Assembly: GCA_014896535.1 (NCBI GenBank)
Contig: JADBKE010000006.1
Coordinates: 2,290 to 66,289, forward strand
Length of the DNA stretch: 64,000 bases
Source of the DNA: Candidatus Fermentithermobacillaceae bacterium
GTDB lineage: Bacteria; Bacillota; Sulfobacillia; Fermentithermobacillales; DUSS01
Direction of reading: 5' to 3'
Below, in pieces: positions 18,992-29,678 of the stretch (its first letter is position 1; every line of letters starts with the position of its first letter). The translations under genes and the position numbers were made by a program. Below the pieces are notes generated by a model. The model worked only from the letters and a program-made list of their open reading frames with translations, had not been told where the DNA came from and did not search any database.

Positions 18992-19197
18992 CTTCGTTAT
19001 TTTGATGACGTTTCGCAAGTCTGCGCTTGTAACGTCGGGACGCAGGCGTCGGGACGACCCGAAAAAACGTTTGCCATTCCGGCCGATTTTCTGCCGGTAT
19101 GTGACAGAGAGGGTCGGGCCAGGCGAAAGGCGCATCCGCTGTCTGGTGTGCTGTTGCGGGTGGGGTTTGCGGAAGCACATCGAGTGTGTAAAGTAGT

Positions 19198-19282
19198 GCG
19201 AGGGTGTCGGAACTGGTAGACGAGCTGGACTTAGGATCCAGTGCCGCAAGGCGTAGGGGTTCAAATCCCCTCCCTCGCACCA
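19198..19282 (+). tRNA. tRNA-Leu (anticodon TAG), long variable arm
   Basis: GCGAGGG acceptor, anticodon stem CTGGA/TCCAG with loop CTTAGGA, a 13-nt variable arm, TTCAAAT T-loop, CCA encoded. Confidence 0.9.
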
Positions 19283-19285
19283 GTT

Positions 19286-19308
19286 AAAGCGGCTCAGCCG
19301 CTTTTTTC
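19286..19308 (+). terminator. Intrinsic terminator of the tRNA operon
   Basis: AAAGCGGC-TCA-GCCGCTTT hairpin followed by a TTTTTT run, directly after tRNA-Leu. Confidence 0.7.
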
Positions 19309-19566
19309 TATGTTTAGGGGCGTGTTTGGGAGAGAGCGATTTCATGCGGCCTTGGTTTTGGTGTATGTTCATTGGTGTGCCGCTGCACGGGACAGCCGGC
19401 GGGAAGGGGCGCTGTACGGGTTCGGTGAGAGGAAAGAGGCGGTCGGGAGAAACTCTGCCGAAGTACGTGGCAAGCAGCAGGTATTCCCGAACCACAAGAG
19501 GTACCATACAAAACAGGTGACGACAACGGTTGTTTGGAAGCCGGTACGTCGAACGGAGGGGTTTTC

Positions 19567-21228
19567 GTGAACGTTTCAAAACAGGAGATGCCAGGCTCGC
19601 TGGTGGAGATCACTGTGGAAGAAACGCCGGAATTCGTAAGCGAAGCTCTCGATAAAGCTTACCGGCGTCTTGTGAAAAGGGTCGATGTGCCGGGGTGGCG
19701 GAGGGGCAAGGCACCCAGGCATATCCTGGAACGGTATGTGGGCAGGCGTGCTCTTTGCGAGGAAGCGGAGAGGTACGCCGTCCCGGAACTTTACGAAAAA
19801 GCTGCTCAGGAACTGGGCCTTGATGTGGTGGGAGAACCCGAGTTCAAAGAGATAACTCTCGAACCGGGCCAACCCCTTCGTTTCAGAGCAGTAGTGCCGG
19901 TCCGCCCAAAGGCTCAACCGGGCGACTACAGGTCCCTGGCAATTCCGTTTCCCGAAGTCAGCGTCAGCCGGGACGAAGTGGAGGAGGGAGTCAAGAGAGC
20001 CAGAGAAAGCGTCGCTCACCTCGATATCCTGCCGGAGGACCAGCCTCTGAAAGAAGGGGACTATGCGCGGGTTCACGTTAAGGGGCTTGAGGGAGGCGAG
20101 GTCTCGGTGGAACTGGACCGCGACTTTGACCTCGTTGAGGTCGGTTCCAGAGAGCATCCGCTCATCCCGGGCCTCGCAAGAGCACTGGTCGGTATGAAAA
20201 AAGGTGAATCCCGGGAGTTCACTGGCAGATACCTGGTGAGGGCGAAAAAGCCTGAAGAGCAGTCCCAAATCCAGCCGGCTGGCGGGGCCATAGAGGACGG
20301 TACGAAGTCCGCGGCCTCCAAGTCTGAGGGGCGGGCCCGAGGTACCGGAGCCGAAAACCCTGAACGCAGCGGTGAAGGAGTCACCGCGGAACCCGAAACC
20401 AGGACCGTGGAGGCCAGGTTCCAAGTGGTAGTTCTCGAGGCTTATTCGAAGCATATGCCCACCGACGAGGAGTTCCTGAGACACATGGGCAAGCCTTCAA
20501 TGGAAGAAGTTGAAAAGGACGTAGAGTCCTTCATCAAGTCGCAAAAACTCGAGCGTGCCTGGAGATCTCACACCGAAAAGGTAGAGGACGCACTGTTGGA
20601 AAAGGGTTCGGTGGAACTACCGGATGTCATGATCGAGAATCGCACCAGAACCCTTCTGGACGATTTCCTTCGGGACCTCGAGAAGATGGGAGTCAAGCCA
20701 GAAGATTACTTAAGACGGACGGGCCTGACGTGGGAAACAATAGTCTCGGATTTGAAGGAGAGAGCGGAGAGGCAGCTGAAACTCGAGCTCATACTGGACG
20801 CCATAGCTGAAAACGAAGGTATTCAGGCCGACGAGGAACAGGTGAATGCGGTGGTTTCCGGCATCGCCAAAGACACCGGCAGGGACGAAGTAACTGTAAA
20901 AACCACGCTGGAAATGCGTGGTGTAATGGATGAGGTCAGGAGAGAGTTGACCCGATCAAAAACTTTGAGGAAGATAGCACTAGAGGCGGCGGAAAGGGCA
21001 GGCAAACCCGTCCCCGAAGCCATTGTAAAGCCCCAGGCAGACGAAGATAAGGGTTCCGGAGAAGTCGGCGGGTCGCAAGGCAGCTCTGAGACGGTACGTG
21101 CGGAAGAGCAGGGGTCGTCGCGGGCGGCAGGGGAACAAATCGGTCAGGAATCGGGCCAGGGCGGAAGAAGCGCTGGAACGGAAGACCGAGCGGAACCTGG
21201 ACAAATGGCCTTAAATAACAAGGAATAA
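19567..21228 (+). CDS. tig: Trigger factor, with a low-complexity insertion and a C-terminal tail
   Basis: N-terminal ribosome-binding domain (...GWRRGKAPRHILERYVG = GFRxGxxP motif), PPIase and C-terminal arms. GTG 19567 lies 7 nt after GGAGGGG. 553 aa, versus roughly 430 expected from memory. Confidence 0.85.
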   Translation: MNVSKQEMPGSLVEITVEETPEFVSEALDKAYRRLVKRVDVPGWRRGKAPRHILERYVGRRALCEEAERYAVPELYEKAAQELGLDVVGEPEFKEITLEPGQPLRFRAVVPVRPKAQPGDYRSLAIPFPEVSVSRDEVEEGVKRARESVAHLDILPEDQPLKEGDYARVHVKGLEGGEVSVELDRDFDLVEVGSREHPLIPGLARALVGMKKGESREFTGRYLVRAKKPEEQSQIQPAGGAIEDGTKSAASKSEGRARGTGAENPERSGEGVTAEPETRTVEARFQVVVLEAYSKHMPTDEEFLRHMGKPSMEEVEKDVESFIKSQKLERAWRSHTEKVEDALLEKGSVELPDVMIENRTRTLLDDFLRDLEKMGVKPEDYLRRTGLTWETIVSDLKERAERQLKLELILDAIAENEGIQADEEQVNAVVSGIAKDTGRDEVTVKTTLEMRGVMDEVRRELTRSKTLRKIALEAAERAGKPVPEAIVKPQADEDKGSGEVGGSQGSSETVRAEEQGSSRAAGEQIGQESGQGGRSAGTEDRAEPGQMALNNKE

Positions 21229-21255
21229 GAGACGTTGAGCCGGGGAGGAAGAAAG

Positions 21256-21855
21256 ATGAGTTACCTTGTTCCTATGGTCATAGAGCAAACAGGTCGTGGA
21301 GAAAGGGCCTACGATATCTACTCGAGGCTTCTCAAGGAGCGCATTATCTTCCTCGGGACCCCCGTGGATGACCAGGTGGCCAACCTGGTCGTGGCCCAGC
21401 TTCTTTTCCTCCAGTCGGAAGACCCGGACAAAGAAATATCGTTGTACATCAACTCCCCCGGGGGTTCGGTCACAGCCGGCCTGGCGATATACGACACCAT
21501 CCAGCACATTCGCCCGCCGGTTTCTACTATTTGCGTGGGCCTTGCGGCGAGCATCGCTGCGGTTATCCTGGCCGGGGGAACCAAAGGTCGAAGGTTCTGC
21601 TTGCCTAATTCCAAGACTCTGATTCATCAGCCTCTTGGAGGAGTGCAGGGACAGGCCACCGAGGTTCAGATTGCTGCCAGAGAAATACTCCGTACCAAAG
21701 AGCTCATCAACAGGATTCTGGCCAAACACACGGGTCAACCTATTGAAAAGATAGAAAAGGACACCGAAAGGGATTTCTGGATGAACGCTGAAGAAGCAAA
21801 AGCGTACGGGCTTGTCGATGCGATTCTTCAGCCGCTGCCCAAGGCGAAGGAATAG
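21256..21855 (+). CDS. clpP: ATP-dependent Clp protease proteolytic subunit
   Basis: [34 protein letters not shown]..., [14 protein letters not shown] (catalytic Ser context), HQPLGG. GGAGG SD. Confidence 0.95.
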   Translation: MSYLVPMVIEQTGRGERAYDIYSRLLKERIIFLGTPVDDQVANLVVAQLLFLQSEDPDKEISLYINSPGGSVTAGLAIYDTIQHIRPPVSTICVGLAASIAAVILAGGTKGRRFCLPNSKTLIHQPLGGVQGQATEVQIAAREILRTKELINRILAKHTGQPIEKIEKDTERDFWMNAEEAKAYGLVDAILQPLPKAKE

Positions 21856-21910
21856 AGCGACGGTGGGTGAGTAGATATAACCGGGCTTTATCATAAAACG
21901 GGGTGGAAGC

Positions 21911-23170
21911 ATGTTCAAGTTCGAAGAACAAAAGGGCCTGAAGTGCTCGTTTTGTGGTAAGTATCAGGACCAGGTAAGGCGACTCATTGCCGGGCCCGGT
22001 GTTTATATTTGCGACGAGTGTATTGAGCTCTGCTCGGAAATCATCGGGGAGGAGCTGGCCGAAGAGGCTGAACTCGAAGTCCGAGACCTGCCGAAACCCG
22101 CAGAGATCAAAGCTTACCTCGACCAGTATGTCATCGGACAGGAGCGGGCGAAAAAGGTTCTCTCCGTAGCCGTGTACAACCATTACAAGCGAATCGCCAG
22201 GGGCGGCCACTTTGACGACGTGGAGATCCAGAAATCCAACATTCTGATGCTGGGACCCACCGGCAGCGGCAAGACGTATCTTGCCGAAACCCTGGCGAGG
22301 TTCCTCAAGGTCCCGTTTGCCATCGCCGATGCCACGACGCTGACGGAAGCGGGCTACGTCGGGGAGGACGTGGAGAACATCCTTCTCAGGTTGGTTCAGG
22401 CAGCCGACTACGATATCGAGAAGGCGGAAAAGGGCATCGTCTACATCGATGAGATAGACAAGATAGCCAGGAAATCGGAAAATCCGTCCATAACCAGGGA
22501 TGTATCCGGCGAGGGCGTCCAGCAAGCTCTCCTTAAAATACTGGAGGGTACGATCGCCAACGTCCCGCCGCAAGGAGGTCGGAAGCACCCACACCAAGAG
22601 TTCATTCAGGTAAACACCAGAAATATCCTGTTCATATGCGGCGGTTCGTTTGAATCCATCGAGAAGATCATCCAGGCCAGGATCGGTCAGAAAGTGCTGG
22701 GATTCAGAGCTGAGGTCAGGTCCAGAACGGAGTACAACGTGGGCGAGATCCTGTCCCACATCCTCCCCCAGGATCTGTTGAAGTTCGGGATGATCCCCGA
22801 GTTCATCGGGCGCGTCCCCATCATCGTGACGTTCGACGCTCTCACCGAAGACGACCTCGTGCGGATCCTGGTGGAGCCTAAGAACGCTTTGATCAAGCAG
22901 TACCAGAAGATGTTTGCCCTCGATGGGGTGAGCCTGGAGTTCACCGACGAGGCCATCCGTTGCGTGGCAAAAGAAGCGATAAAACGAGGGACGGGGGCTC
23001 GCGGACTGAGGGCTGTTCTGGAGGAGAAAATGCTGGACATCATGTACGAGTTGCCCAGCAGGCGCGACGTGACCAAGTGCATCATAACCAAAGAAACCGT
23101 GCTTAAAGGCGAGCCGCCTATTCTGATAAGCGCCGAGAAGAAGCTTCGCAAGAAGGAGGAAACCGCGTAA
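21911..23170 (+). CDS. clpX: ATP-dependent Clp protease ATP-binding subunit ClpX
   Basis: Zn-finger CSFCGK...CDEC, Walker [18 protein letters not shown], sensor and C-terminal domain. Confidence 0.95.
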   Translation: MFKFEEQKGLKCSFCGKYQDQVRRLIAGPGVYICDECIELCSEIIGEELAEEAELEVRDLPKPAEIKAYLDQYVIGQERAKKVLSVAVYNHYKRIARGGHFDDVEIQKSNILMLGPTGSGKTYLAETLARFLKVPFAIADATTLTEAGYVGEDVENILLRLVQAADYDIEKAEKGIVYIDEIDKIARKSENPSITRDVSGEGVQQALLKILEGTIANVPPQGGRKHPHQEFIQVNTRNILFICGGSFESIEKIIQARIGQKVLGFRAEVRSRTEYNVGEILSHILPQDLLKFGMIPEFIGRVPIIVTFDALTEDDLVRILVEPKNALIKQYQKMFALDGVSLEFTDEAIRCVAKEAIKRGTGARGLRAVLEEKMLDIMYELPSRRDVTKCIITKETVLKGEPPILISAEKKLRKKEETA

Positions 23171-23287
23171 CCTACCTTCGGCGGTTTCACCGGTAAAGGG
23201 CTTTTGTTTTGCCGTGCCTTTTCCGGCCTCAAACCGGCCCTAAGCCCCGGCTATAAATCTCCGCGGCGAGGCGCAAACTTTCAGCGG

Positions 23288-25009
23288 GTGGTCCCGTTGG
23301 ATGCGTTTTTCTGTCTCGAGCTCGCCCTGGCCGTGGCGGTTGTCCTGAGCCTTGTTCATTCGGCAAAGATGAGGGAAACTCCCCGCGTAGCCGTGGGTAA
23401 GGAGGCCCAACGGGAGCTGGAGAGGCTTAGGCATCTCCGGCAAATTAAGCTCACCGAACCGCTTTCGGAGAAGGTGAGACCGACGTCCTTCGCCGATGTA
23501 GTGGGCCAAGAGGACGGAATCAGGGCGTTGCGAGCCTGCTTGTGCGGGCCTAATCCCCAACACGTGATTATGTACGGACCCCCGGGAGTCGGGAAGACCA
23601 CCGCCGCCAGGCTGGTTCTGGAGGAGGCCAAAAAGAACCCCGCCTCGCCTTTCGGCCCCGAGGCCGCCTTCGTAGAAGTCGATGCTACCACCCTGCGTTT
23701 TGACGAGCGAGGTATAGCCGATCCCCTCATCGGGTCAGTTCACGACCCGATTTACCAGGGCGCAGGCCCTCTGGGCCTGGCCGGAATACCTCAGCCCAAG
23801 CCCGGAGCGGTGACCAAAGCTCACGGGGGAATACTGTTCATCGACGAAATCGGGGAGCTCCATCCCGTTCAGCTCAACAAGCTCCTGAAGGTCCTCGAAG
23901 ACAGGAAGGTGTTTCTGGAAAGCGCCTACTACTCCCGGGACGACCCGAGCATTCCCGCCTACATCCACGATATCTTTCAAAACGGACTGCCCGCCGATTT
24001 CCGGCTGGTCGCGGCCACTACGAGGTCCCCTGAGGAAATCTCGCCGGCGCTAAGGTCCAGGTGCGCCGAGGTATTCTTCCGGGCTCTCGGCCCCGACGAG
24101 ATCGCCCGCATTTCGGAAATCGCTGCCGGAAAAGCCGGTGTCTCTTTGGAAGAAGGTGCCAAGCTTCTTCTTAGGGACTATGCGTCTAGCGGCAGAGAAG
24201 TGGTAAACATGCTGGAGATCGCCGCGGGCCTGGCCCTCTCCGAAGGTAGAACGAACGTGACCTCGGAAGATGTGGAATGGGTTATCTCCTTTTCCCAGCT
24301 TGCTCCCAGGCAGACGAAAAGCTCCTCGCGGACGCCGGCGGTCGGCGTAGCCCTGGGTCTTGCGCTGTTGGGCCCTGGTCTCGCCTCGGTCATAGACATC
24401 GAGGCCCAGGCGGTCCCGGCGGCGGGCCCGAAAGGAGATATCACGGTCACGGGGATTATCGAAGAGGAGGAGCTCGGCCATCGCGGTCGCACTTTGCGGC
24501 GAAAGAGTATGGTCTACTCTTCGGTGGAAAACGTGAGGACCGCATTGCGGGTGGTTACCGACGCAAACCCCTTTGCCCATGATATTCACGTGAATTTCCC
24601 GGGCGGGGTTCCTGTGGACGGACCATCGGCGGGGCTGGCGATAGCGGCGGCGGTCTACTCGGCCATCAAAAGGGTTCGGCTGGATAAATCGACCGCCATG
24701 ACCGGGGAGATCTCGATTACAGGGGCCGTGAGACCCGTCGGTGGGATAGAGGAGAAGGTCAGAGCAGGACGGGAAGCGGGACTGGGTCGCGTCATCATAC
24801 CGGCGGACAACTGGCAGGAGCGTTTTGCCAGGACAGCGGGGATCGAGGTGGTGCCCGTCTCGTCCCTGGAGGAAGCCCTTGCCTTAGTGGTTGACGAGGT
24901 TCCGCCGGCACTCGAGTCTCCGGAAGCAGTAGGCGCGGCTGGCGCGGCTGCCTCTGGCGGGACCGTCGCTTCATCCCGGCCTCGGGAGTTTCGGGACCCG
25001 ACGCCATAA
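23288..25009 (+). CDS. lonB: LonB-type (sporulation-associated) membrane-anchored Lon-like protease
   Basis: Near-colinear with my memory of Bacillus LonB: TM anchor, [42 protein letters not shown]-terminal Lon protease domain (DGPSAGLAIA). The start is uncertain (GTG 23288 versus TTG 23204). Confidence 0.85.
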   Translation: MVPLDAFFCLELALAVAVVLSLVHSAKMRETPRVAVGKEAQRELERLRHLRQIKLTEPLSEKVRPTSFADVVGQEDGIRALRACLCGPNPQHVIMYGPPGVGKTTAARLVLEEAKKNPASPFGPEAAFVEVDATTLRFDERGIADPLIGSVHDPIYQGAGPLGLAGIPQPKPGAVTKAHGGILFIDEIGELHPVQLNKLLKVLEDRKVFLESAYYSRDDPSIPAYIHDIFQNGLPADFRLVAATTRSPEEISPALRSRCAEVFFRALGPDEIARISEIAAGKAGVSLEEGAKLLLRDYASSGREVVNMLEIAAGLALSEGRTNVTSEDVEWVISFSQLAPRQTKSSSRTPAVGVALGLALLGPGLASVIDIEAQAVPAAGPKGDITVTGIIEEEELGHRGRTLRRKSMVYSSVENVRTALRVVTDANPFAHDIHVNFPGGVPVDGPSAGLAIAAAVYSAIKRVRLDKSTAMTGEISITGAVRPVGGIEEKVRAGREAGLGRVIIPADNWQERFARTAGIEVVPVSSLEEALALVVDEVPPALESPEAVGAAGAAASGGTVASSRPREFRDPTP

Positions 25010-25188
25010 CCTTCGACAGGGGTTGGAGCTACAACCCCGAGGCGCATCCCCACATCCATTACTTTCCGCTAACTGGTCGTTTCCCGGGCCGATATTCCTA
25101 AAGGAAATCCGCCTTTGATATCGAAATAGCTACCGTAACTTGTACACGCTGGACTTCGGCATGTCATAAGGGATACCGATTTAATACC

Positions 25189-27606
25189 ATGAAAGTGGCC
25201 CCCGTGACAGGGGAGGTGACTTCGTTGACGCACTCTCAAATAAAATCGTATCCTTTGCTTCCCCTCAGGAATATGATCCTTTTTCCCAGGACCAGCGTGG
25301 TTATGGAGATAGGTCGTCCTAAATCCAAGGAGGCTGTAAATATTGCGCTTTCCCGTGATTCCCTGATCGTCGCATCCTCGCAAAAGAATGCCGAGGTCCT
25401 CGATCCCGCTCCTGAGGAAGTGCAATCCATAGGTACGCTGGCGCTGATCAAAGAAGCTGCCACCACTCCTTCGGGAAACCTCAGGGTTATGCTGGAGGGG
25501 AAAACCAGGGTCGAAATCACTGCTTGCGTTTCGAAGGAACCCGCCAACGTGGTTTCCGTCAGGGAGCTGGTTCCCGCTGCCGTCACCGAGAAAGAAAGGG
25601 AGCTGCTGGTAAAAGCCCTGGTTGAACAGTACGAGGAATATATCCGGGTGAAAAAGATCCCTGCGGAAGTGTTGATTTCCGTCGCTGCCATCAGCGATCC
25701 CGGCGACCTGTGTGACTTCATAGCTTCCCATCTGAGGGTCGGCCTCGGGGACAAGCAGGCTATTCTCGAGTGCGTTCCCGTTAGGGAGCGGGTTGAGAAG
25801 CTTCTCGACATACTGACCAGGGAAATAGAGATTGTATCCCTGGAAAAGCGGATCAACATGCGCGTTAAGAAGGAAATCGAAAGAACTCAGAAAGAATACT
25901 GGTTGAGAGAACAGCTCAAGGCTATACAAAAAGAGCTGGGTGACACGGGTGACGAGCTATCCGAGGCGGAGGAGTACAGAAAGAAAATAGCCGAGGCGAA
26001 ACTCCCAAAGGAGGTCGCGGACAAGGCCCTTCACGAGGTGGACCGGCTGGAGAAGATGCCTCCTACTGCGGCTGAGGCGGTCGTGGTTCGGACCTATCTC
26101 GACTGGATTCTGTCTCTTCCCTGGACGACGGTGACCGAGGACAGCCGCGATCTCAACCTTGCCCAGAAGATACTCGACGAGGACCATTACGGCCTGACCG
26201 AGGTCAAAGAACGGATTCTCGAGTACCTCGCCATAAGGCAGCTGGTGGAAAAGCCCAAGGGCCCGATCCTGTGCTTCGTCGGTCCGCCCGGCGTAGGTAA
26301 GACATCTCTTGCGAAATCCATCGCCAGGGCGCTTGGACGCAAGTTCGTTCGCATATCTCTCGGTGGCGTGAGGGACGAAGCTGAAATCAGGGGTCACCGC
26401 AGGACATACGTGGGTGCCCTGCCTGGCAGAATCATCCAGGGGATGAAAAACGCCGGTTCCAAGAATCCCGTGTTTCTCATGGACGAAGTGGATAAAATGG
26501 CTTCGGACTTCCGGGGAGATCCCGCCGCGGCGCTTCTCGAGGTTCTCGACCCCGAGCAGAACTGCGCCTTTTCCGACCACTATCTCGAAATCCCCTTTGA
26601 CCTGTCCCAGGTGATGTTCATCACCACGGCCAACGTGGTCCACACCATCCCCCGAGCGCTACTCGACAGGATGGAGGTCATCAACATCCCGGGTTACACC
26701 GAGGAAGAGAAGATGGAAATAGCCAGGAGGTTTTTGTACCCCAAAGAGCTGAGGGAGCACGGGCTCACCCAGGATAACCTGGTCATCCGCGACGAAGCCT
26801 TTAGAGAGATCATTCGCTCGTACACCAGGGAAGCTGGGGTCAGGAACCTCGAAAGGCAGATCGCGACGATCTGCCGGAAAACCGCCAAAGAGGTTGTGAG
26901 CGGCAAGTGTAAGAGGAAGCTCGTTACTTCCAAATCCCTCAAAAAGTACCTGGGCATTCCGAGGTTCCGCCGGGACCAGATCGAAAGGGCCAACCAGGTT
27001 GGCGTAGCTTTGGCGCTGGCCGTGACCGAGGCCGGGGGTGAGGTCATGGCGGTCGAGGTGTCGGTGGTGAAAGGCAAAGGCAACCTGATCCTCACTGGGC
27101 AGCTCGGCGACGTGATGAAAGAGTCAGCGCAGGCAGCAGTGAGCTATCTCAGGTCGCGGGCCCGGGACCTGGGGCTCGACGATGACTTTTACGAGCGCAA
27201 CGACATTCACGTTCACGTCCCCGAAGGGTCCATTCCAAAGGACGGACCTTCCGCGGGAATAACCATGGCTTCGGCTATCGCGTCGGCCCTGACCGGGCGG
27301 GCTGTGAGGCACGACGTGGCCATGACGGGGGAGATCACCCTGCGAGGTAGAGTGCTTCCCGTCGGCGGTGTCAAAGAGAAAGTCCTCGCAGCTCACCGAG
27401 CGGGTATCTACAAGGTGATTCTTCCGTCGCAAAACGAAAAGGACGTGGAAGAAATCCCCGACCACATAAGGAAGGAAATGCGGATCATTCTGGTGGATCA
27501 CATGGACCAGGTCCTGGAGAACGTTCTGGTCGATGTCGCCGAAAGCCCGGTGAAGTATGTTTCCACTGGTCAGGAGGTCAGCCAGCAACCGCAGGCCATG
27601 AGCTAA
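25189..27606 (+). CDS. lon: ATP-dependent protease Lon (LonA)
   Basis: LON N-domain ([12 protein letters not shown]), Walker [18 protein letters not shown], protease domain [13 protein letters not shown] with K in [20 protein letters not shown]. Confidence 0.92.
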   Translation: MKVAPVTGEVTSLTHSQIKSYPLLPLRNMILFPRTSVVMEIGRPKSKEAVNIALSRDSLIVASSQKNAEVLDPAPEEVQSIGTLALIKEAATTPSGNLRVMLEGKTRVEITACVSKEPANVVSVRELVPAAVTEKERELLVKALVEQYEEYIRVKKIPAEVLISVAAISDPGDLCDFIASHLRVGLGDKQAILECVPVRERVEKLLDILTREIEIVSLEKRINMRVKKEIERTQKEYWLREQLKAIQKELGDTGDELSEAEEYRKKIAEAKLPKEVADKALHEVDRLEKMPPTAAEAVVVRTYLDWILSLPWTTVTEDSRDLNLAQKILDEDHYGLTEVKERILEYLAIRQLVEKPKGPILCFVGPPGVGKTSLAKSIARALGRKFVRISLGGVRDEAEIRGHRRTYVGALPGRIIQGMKNAGSKNPVFLMDEVDKMASDFRGDPAAALLEVLDPEQNCAFSDHYLEIPFDLSQVMFITTANVVHTIPRALLDRMEVINIPGYTEEEKMEIARRFLYPKELREHGLTQDNLVIRDEAFREIIRSYTREAGVRNLERQIATICRKTAKEVVSGKCKRKLVTSKSLKKYLGIPRFRRDQIERANQVGVALALAVTEAGGEVMAVEVSVVKGKGNLILTGQLGDVMKESAQAAVSYLRSRARDLGLDDDFYERNDIHVHVPEGSIPKDGPSAGITMASAIASALTGRAVRHDVAMTGEITLRGRVLPVGGVKEKVLAAHRAGIYKVILPSQNEKDVEEIPDHIRKEMRIILVDHMDQVLENVLVDVAESPVKYVSTGQEVSQQPQAMS

Positions 27607-27705
27607 AGGGCGAGGCAGACACGGGTCCAAAATTCTCATTGATCCCTCTGTTGCACCGTGCCATAATACCCCTGACCATCAATCGAAGGAGGAGTCGATG
27701 GGAGC

Positions 27706-28740
27706 ATGGCCACTGTTGGCCTGATGTACAACCTGAAGGGGGAACCTCCGGATGACGGAGAACCTCCGGACTTTGGTGCCGAACTGGATTCGGAAACCAC
27801 GGTAATGGCGGTGGCCGAGGCGCTGAGAGCCGGCGGCCACGAAGTAGTTCTGATTGAAGGAAACGATGTCGCTTATCTCAGGCTCCTCGAAAAACCGGTG
27901 GACATCGTGTTCAACATGTGCGAGGGACTGAGAGGTGAGTCCCGCGAAAGTCACATCCCCGCGATCCTGGAAATGCTCGGAATCCCCTACACGGGTTCGG
28001 GGGTGCTGACGCTTGCCCTCACGCTGGATAAAGCCCTTACCAAGAAGGTCCTGGCTTATCACGGCATTCCGACCGCTCCCTTTAAGGTGTTCGACAGAGG
28101 GGAACCGGTGGACGTAACGGGGCTCGAGTTTCCCCTTTTCGTCAAGCCTCTGCACGAAGGTTCCAGCATGGGCGTGGGTACCAGCTCTATCGTATCGAAC
28201 GTTGCCGACCTTGAGCGGGAGGTAGCTCGGCTGACGAGGTTGTACAAACAGCCAGCCCTCGTCGAGGAGTTTCTGCCGGGTCGGGAGTTTACCGTAGGCA
28301 TTCTCGGAAATAGGAGCCCGCTCGTGCTTCCCATCATGGAGATCAACTTCAACCGGTGTCCTGCAGAACACGGTAGGGTGTACTCGAGGCAGTTCAAAGT
28401 CGAGTGGTATCAGGACGAGTTTTACCTGTGCCCTGCTCCCATCGACGATGAGTTGAAACGGACAATAGAGGACCTTGCCCTGAAGACATACCGGGTTCTC
28501 GGGTGCAGGGACATGGCCAGGATCGACGTGAGGCTTGACCGGAAGGGCGTCCCCAACGTGATGGAGGTTAACCCGCTTCCCGGAATGACCCCGGGGTTTT
28601 CCGACTTCCCCAGGATCGCCGAAAAGGGTGGCTTCACCTATGTCGAGCTAATAAACACGATCCTCGGATGCGCCCTCAGGCGTTACGGGCTCGAACACCT
28701 TCTGAGTTCCGAGGAGATCCTCGCACGGCGAATAGCGTGA
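27706..28740 (+). CDS. D-alanine--D-alanine ligase-family ATP-grasp enzyme (non-canonical Ddl paralogue)
   Basis: ATP-grasp layout: ...DIVFNMCEGLRGESRESHIPAILEMLGIPYTGSG, DKALTKKVL, PLFVKPLHEGSSMGV, ...ARIDVRLD...EVNPLPG. I cannot assign a substrate. Confidence 0.7.
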   Translation: MATVGLMYNLKGEPPDDGEPPDFGAELDSETTVMAVAEALRAGGHEVVLIEGNDVAYLRLLEKPVDIVFNMCEGLRGESRESHIPAILEMLGIPYTGSGVLTLALTLDKALTKKVLAYHGIPTAPFKVFDRGEPVDVTGLEFPLFVKPLHEGSSMGVGTSSIVSNVADLEREVARLTRLYKQPALVEEFLPGREFTVGILGNRSPLVLPIMEINFNRCPAEHGRVYSRQFKVEWYQDEFYLCPAPIDDELKRTIEDLALKTYRVLGCRDMARIDVRLDRKGVPNVMEVNPLPGMTPGFSDFPRIAEKGGFTYVELINTILGCALRRYGLEHLLSSEEILARRIA

Positions 28741-28830
28741 GTCAGCGGAGACCCGTGCGCAGCCGGGTCGATCCCGGGCGCGAGCAAGCTTGAGGGGAAC
28801 CCGGCCCGCTCGGGCCCGAAAAGGAGCGCC

Positions 28831-28861
28831 AGAGAGCTCCCTCACGGGAGCTCTTTCATTT
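28831..28861 (+). terminator. Intrinsic terminator after the ATP-grasp gene
   Basis: GAGAGCTCCC-TCAC-GGGAGCTCTT hairpin followed by TCATTTT. Confidence 0.6.
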
Positions 28862-29061
28862 TCACGCAACATTTACATCACCGCCCGCCGGAGGTTTTCA
28901 TACCTCGAACATCGAAATAGCCCTTGACTGACCCCGGAAGCGCAGATGCTCGCGCTGGAGTCAGTTCCTTCGCGTGCAGGTGGGAGGGGACGGCCCTCCG
29001 CAACGTCTCAGGAAGGAACGAGACTAAAGCCCGGAGGGGCAAACCGGAAGGTGACGATGAA

Positions 29062-29613
29062 TTGGAGCTCGCTGGATACTTCCCGGTCGAAGGCCGCCGC
29101 GTTCGCTTGCGACCCGTCAAGCAGGAAGACCTGGAAAGCTTCGTAAGGTGGGATAACGACGATGAGATAGTGAAGTGGTCCGGGAAAAAGTTCGAGGGGC
29201 TCGGGGATGCAAGAGATTGGTACTTCAACGGAAAGGGCTCGAGAGTGACCATGGCCATAGAGACGCTATCGGGAGAGCTCATCGGGGAAGTGGAACTTCT
29301 GAACATCTCGTGGAGGCTACATACGGGGGAGGTCAGGATAGTTATCGGTGAGAAGAACCTGTGGGATCTGGGTCTCGGCCAGGAGGCCCTGACCTTGTTC
29401 ATTGATGGCATATTCCGGGCCTTGCCCCTGAAAAAGGTATTCCTGAGAGTGAATAAAGACAACAAGCGAGCTATCAAGTGCTACACCAAATGCGGGTTTA
29501 AACGGCGAGGCATCGTCAAACTCTCGCCGCGCTACGGCGTACCTTCGCTGCTTCTGATGGATATCGCCGCCGAGGATGTGGCAAGGCGCGTGAGTCAGGG
29601 TCCACTTGGGTGA
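29062..29613 (+). CDS. GNAT-family N-acetyltransferase (RimJ/RimL-like)
   Basis: VRLRPVKQEDLESFVRW...; acetyl-CoA motif region WDLGLGQEALTLFI...; NKRAIKCYTKCGF. TTG 29062 lies after GGAAGGTGA; the longer ORF from 28924 has an implausible N-terminus. Confidence 0.65.
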   Translation: MELAGYFPVEGRRVRLRPVKQEDLESFVRWDNDDEIVKWSGKKFEGLGDARDWYFNGKGSRVTMAIETLSGELIGEVELLNISWRLHTGEVRIVIGEKNLWDLGLGQEALTLFIDGIFRALPLKKVFLRVNKDNKRAIKCYTKCGFKRRGIVKLSPRYGVPSLLLMDIAAEDVARRVSQGPLG

Positions 29614-29678
29614 GTTGGGCGAGTCAGGATGGAAACGGGCCAACCTCGCCCGGCTCCGGCCTCGCCGTTCATGGTCGT

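Noticed and set aside
23204-23287. N-terminal extension of LonB from TTG 23204
   Set aside because: The extra 28 aa (MFCRAFSGLKPALSPGYKSPRRGANFQR) precede the membrane anchor and have no counterpart in the Bacillus LonB I remember. GTG 23288 is preferred but not proven.
28950-29061. Glycine-riboswitch-like fragments (CTCAGGAAGGAAC, CCGGAGGGGCAAACCGG) upstream of the GNAT gene
   Set aside because: The motif order is wrong for a single aptamer, the GGAGAG/CCGAAGG core is not matched, and a GNAT gene is not a typical target. I treat it as a coincidence in a GC-rich leader.
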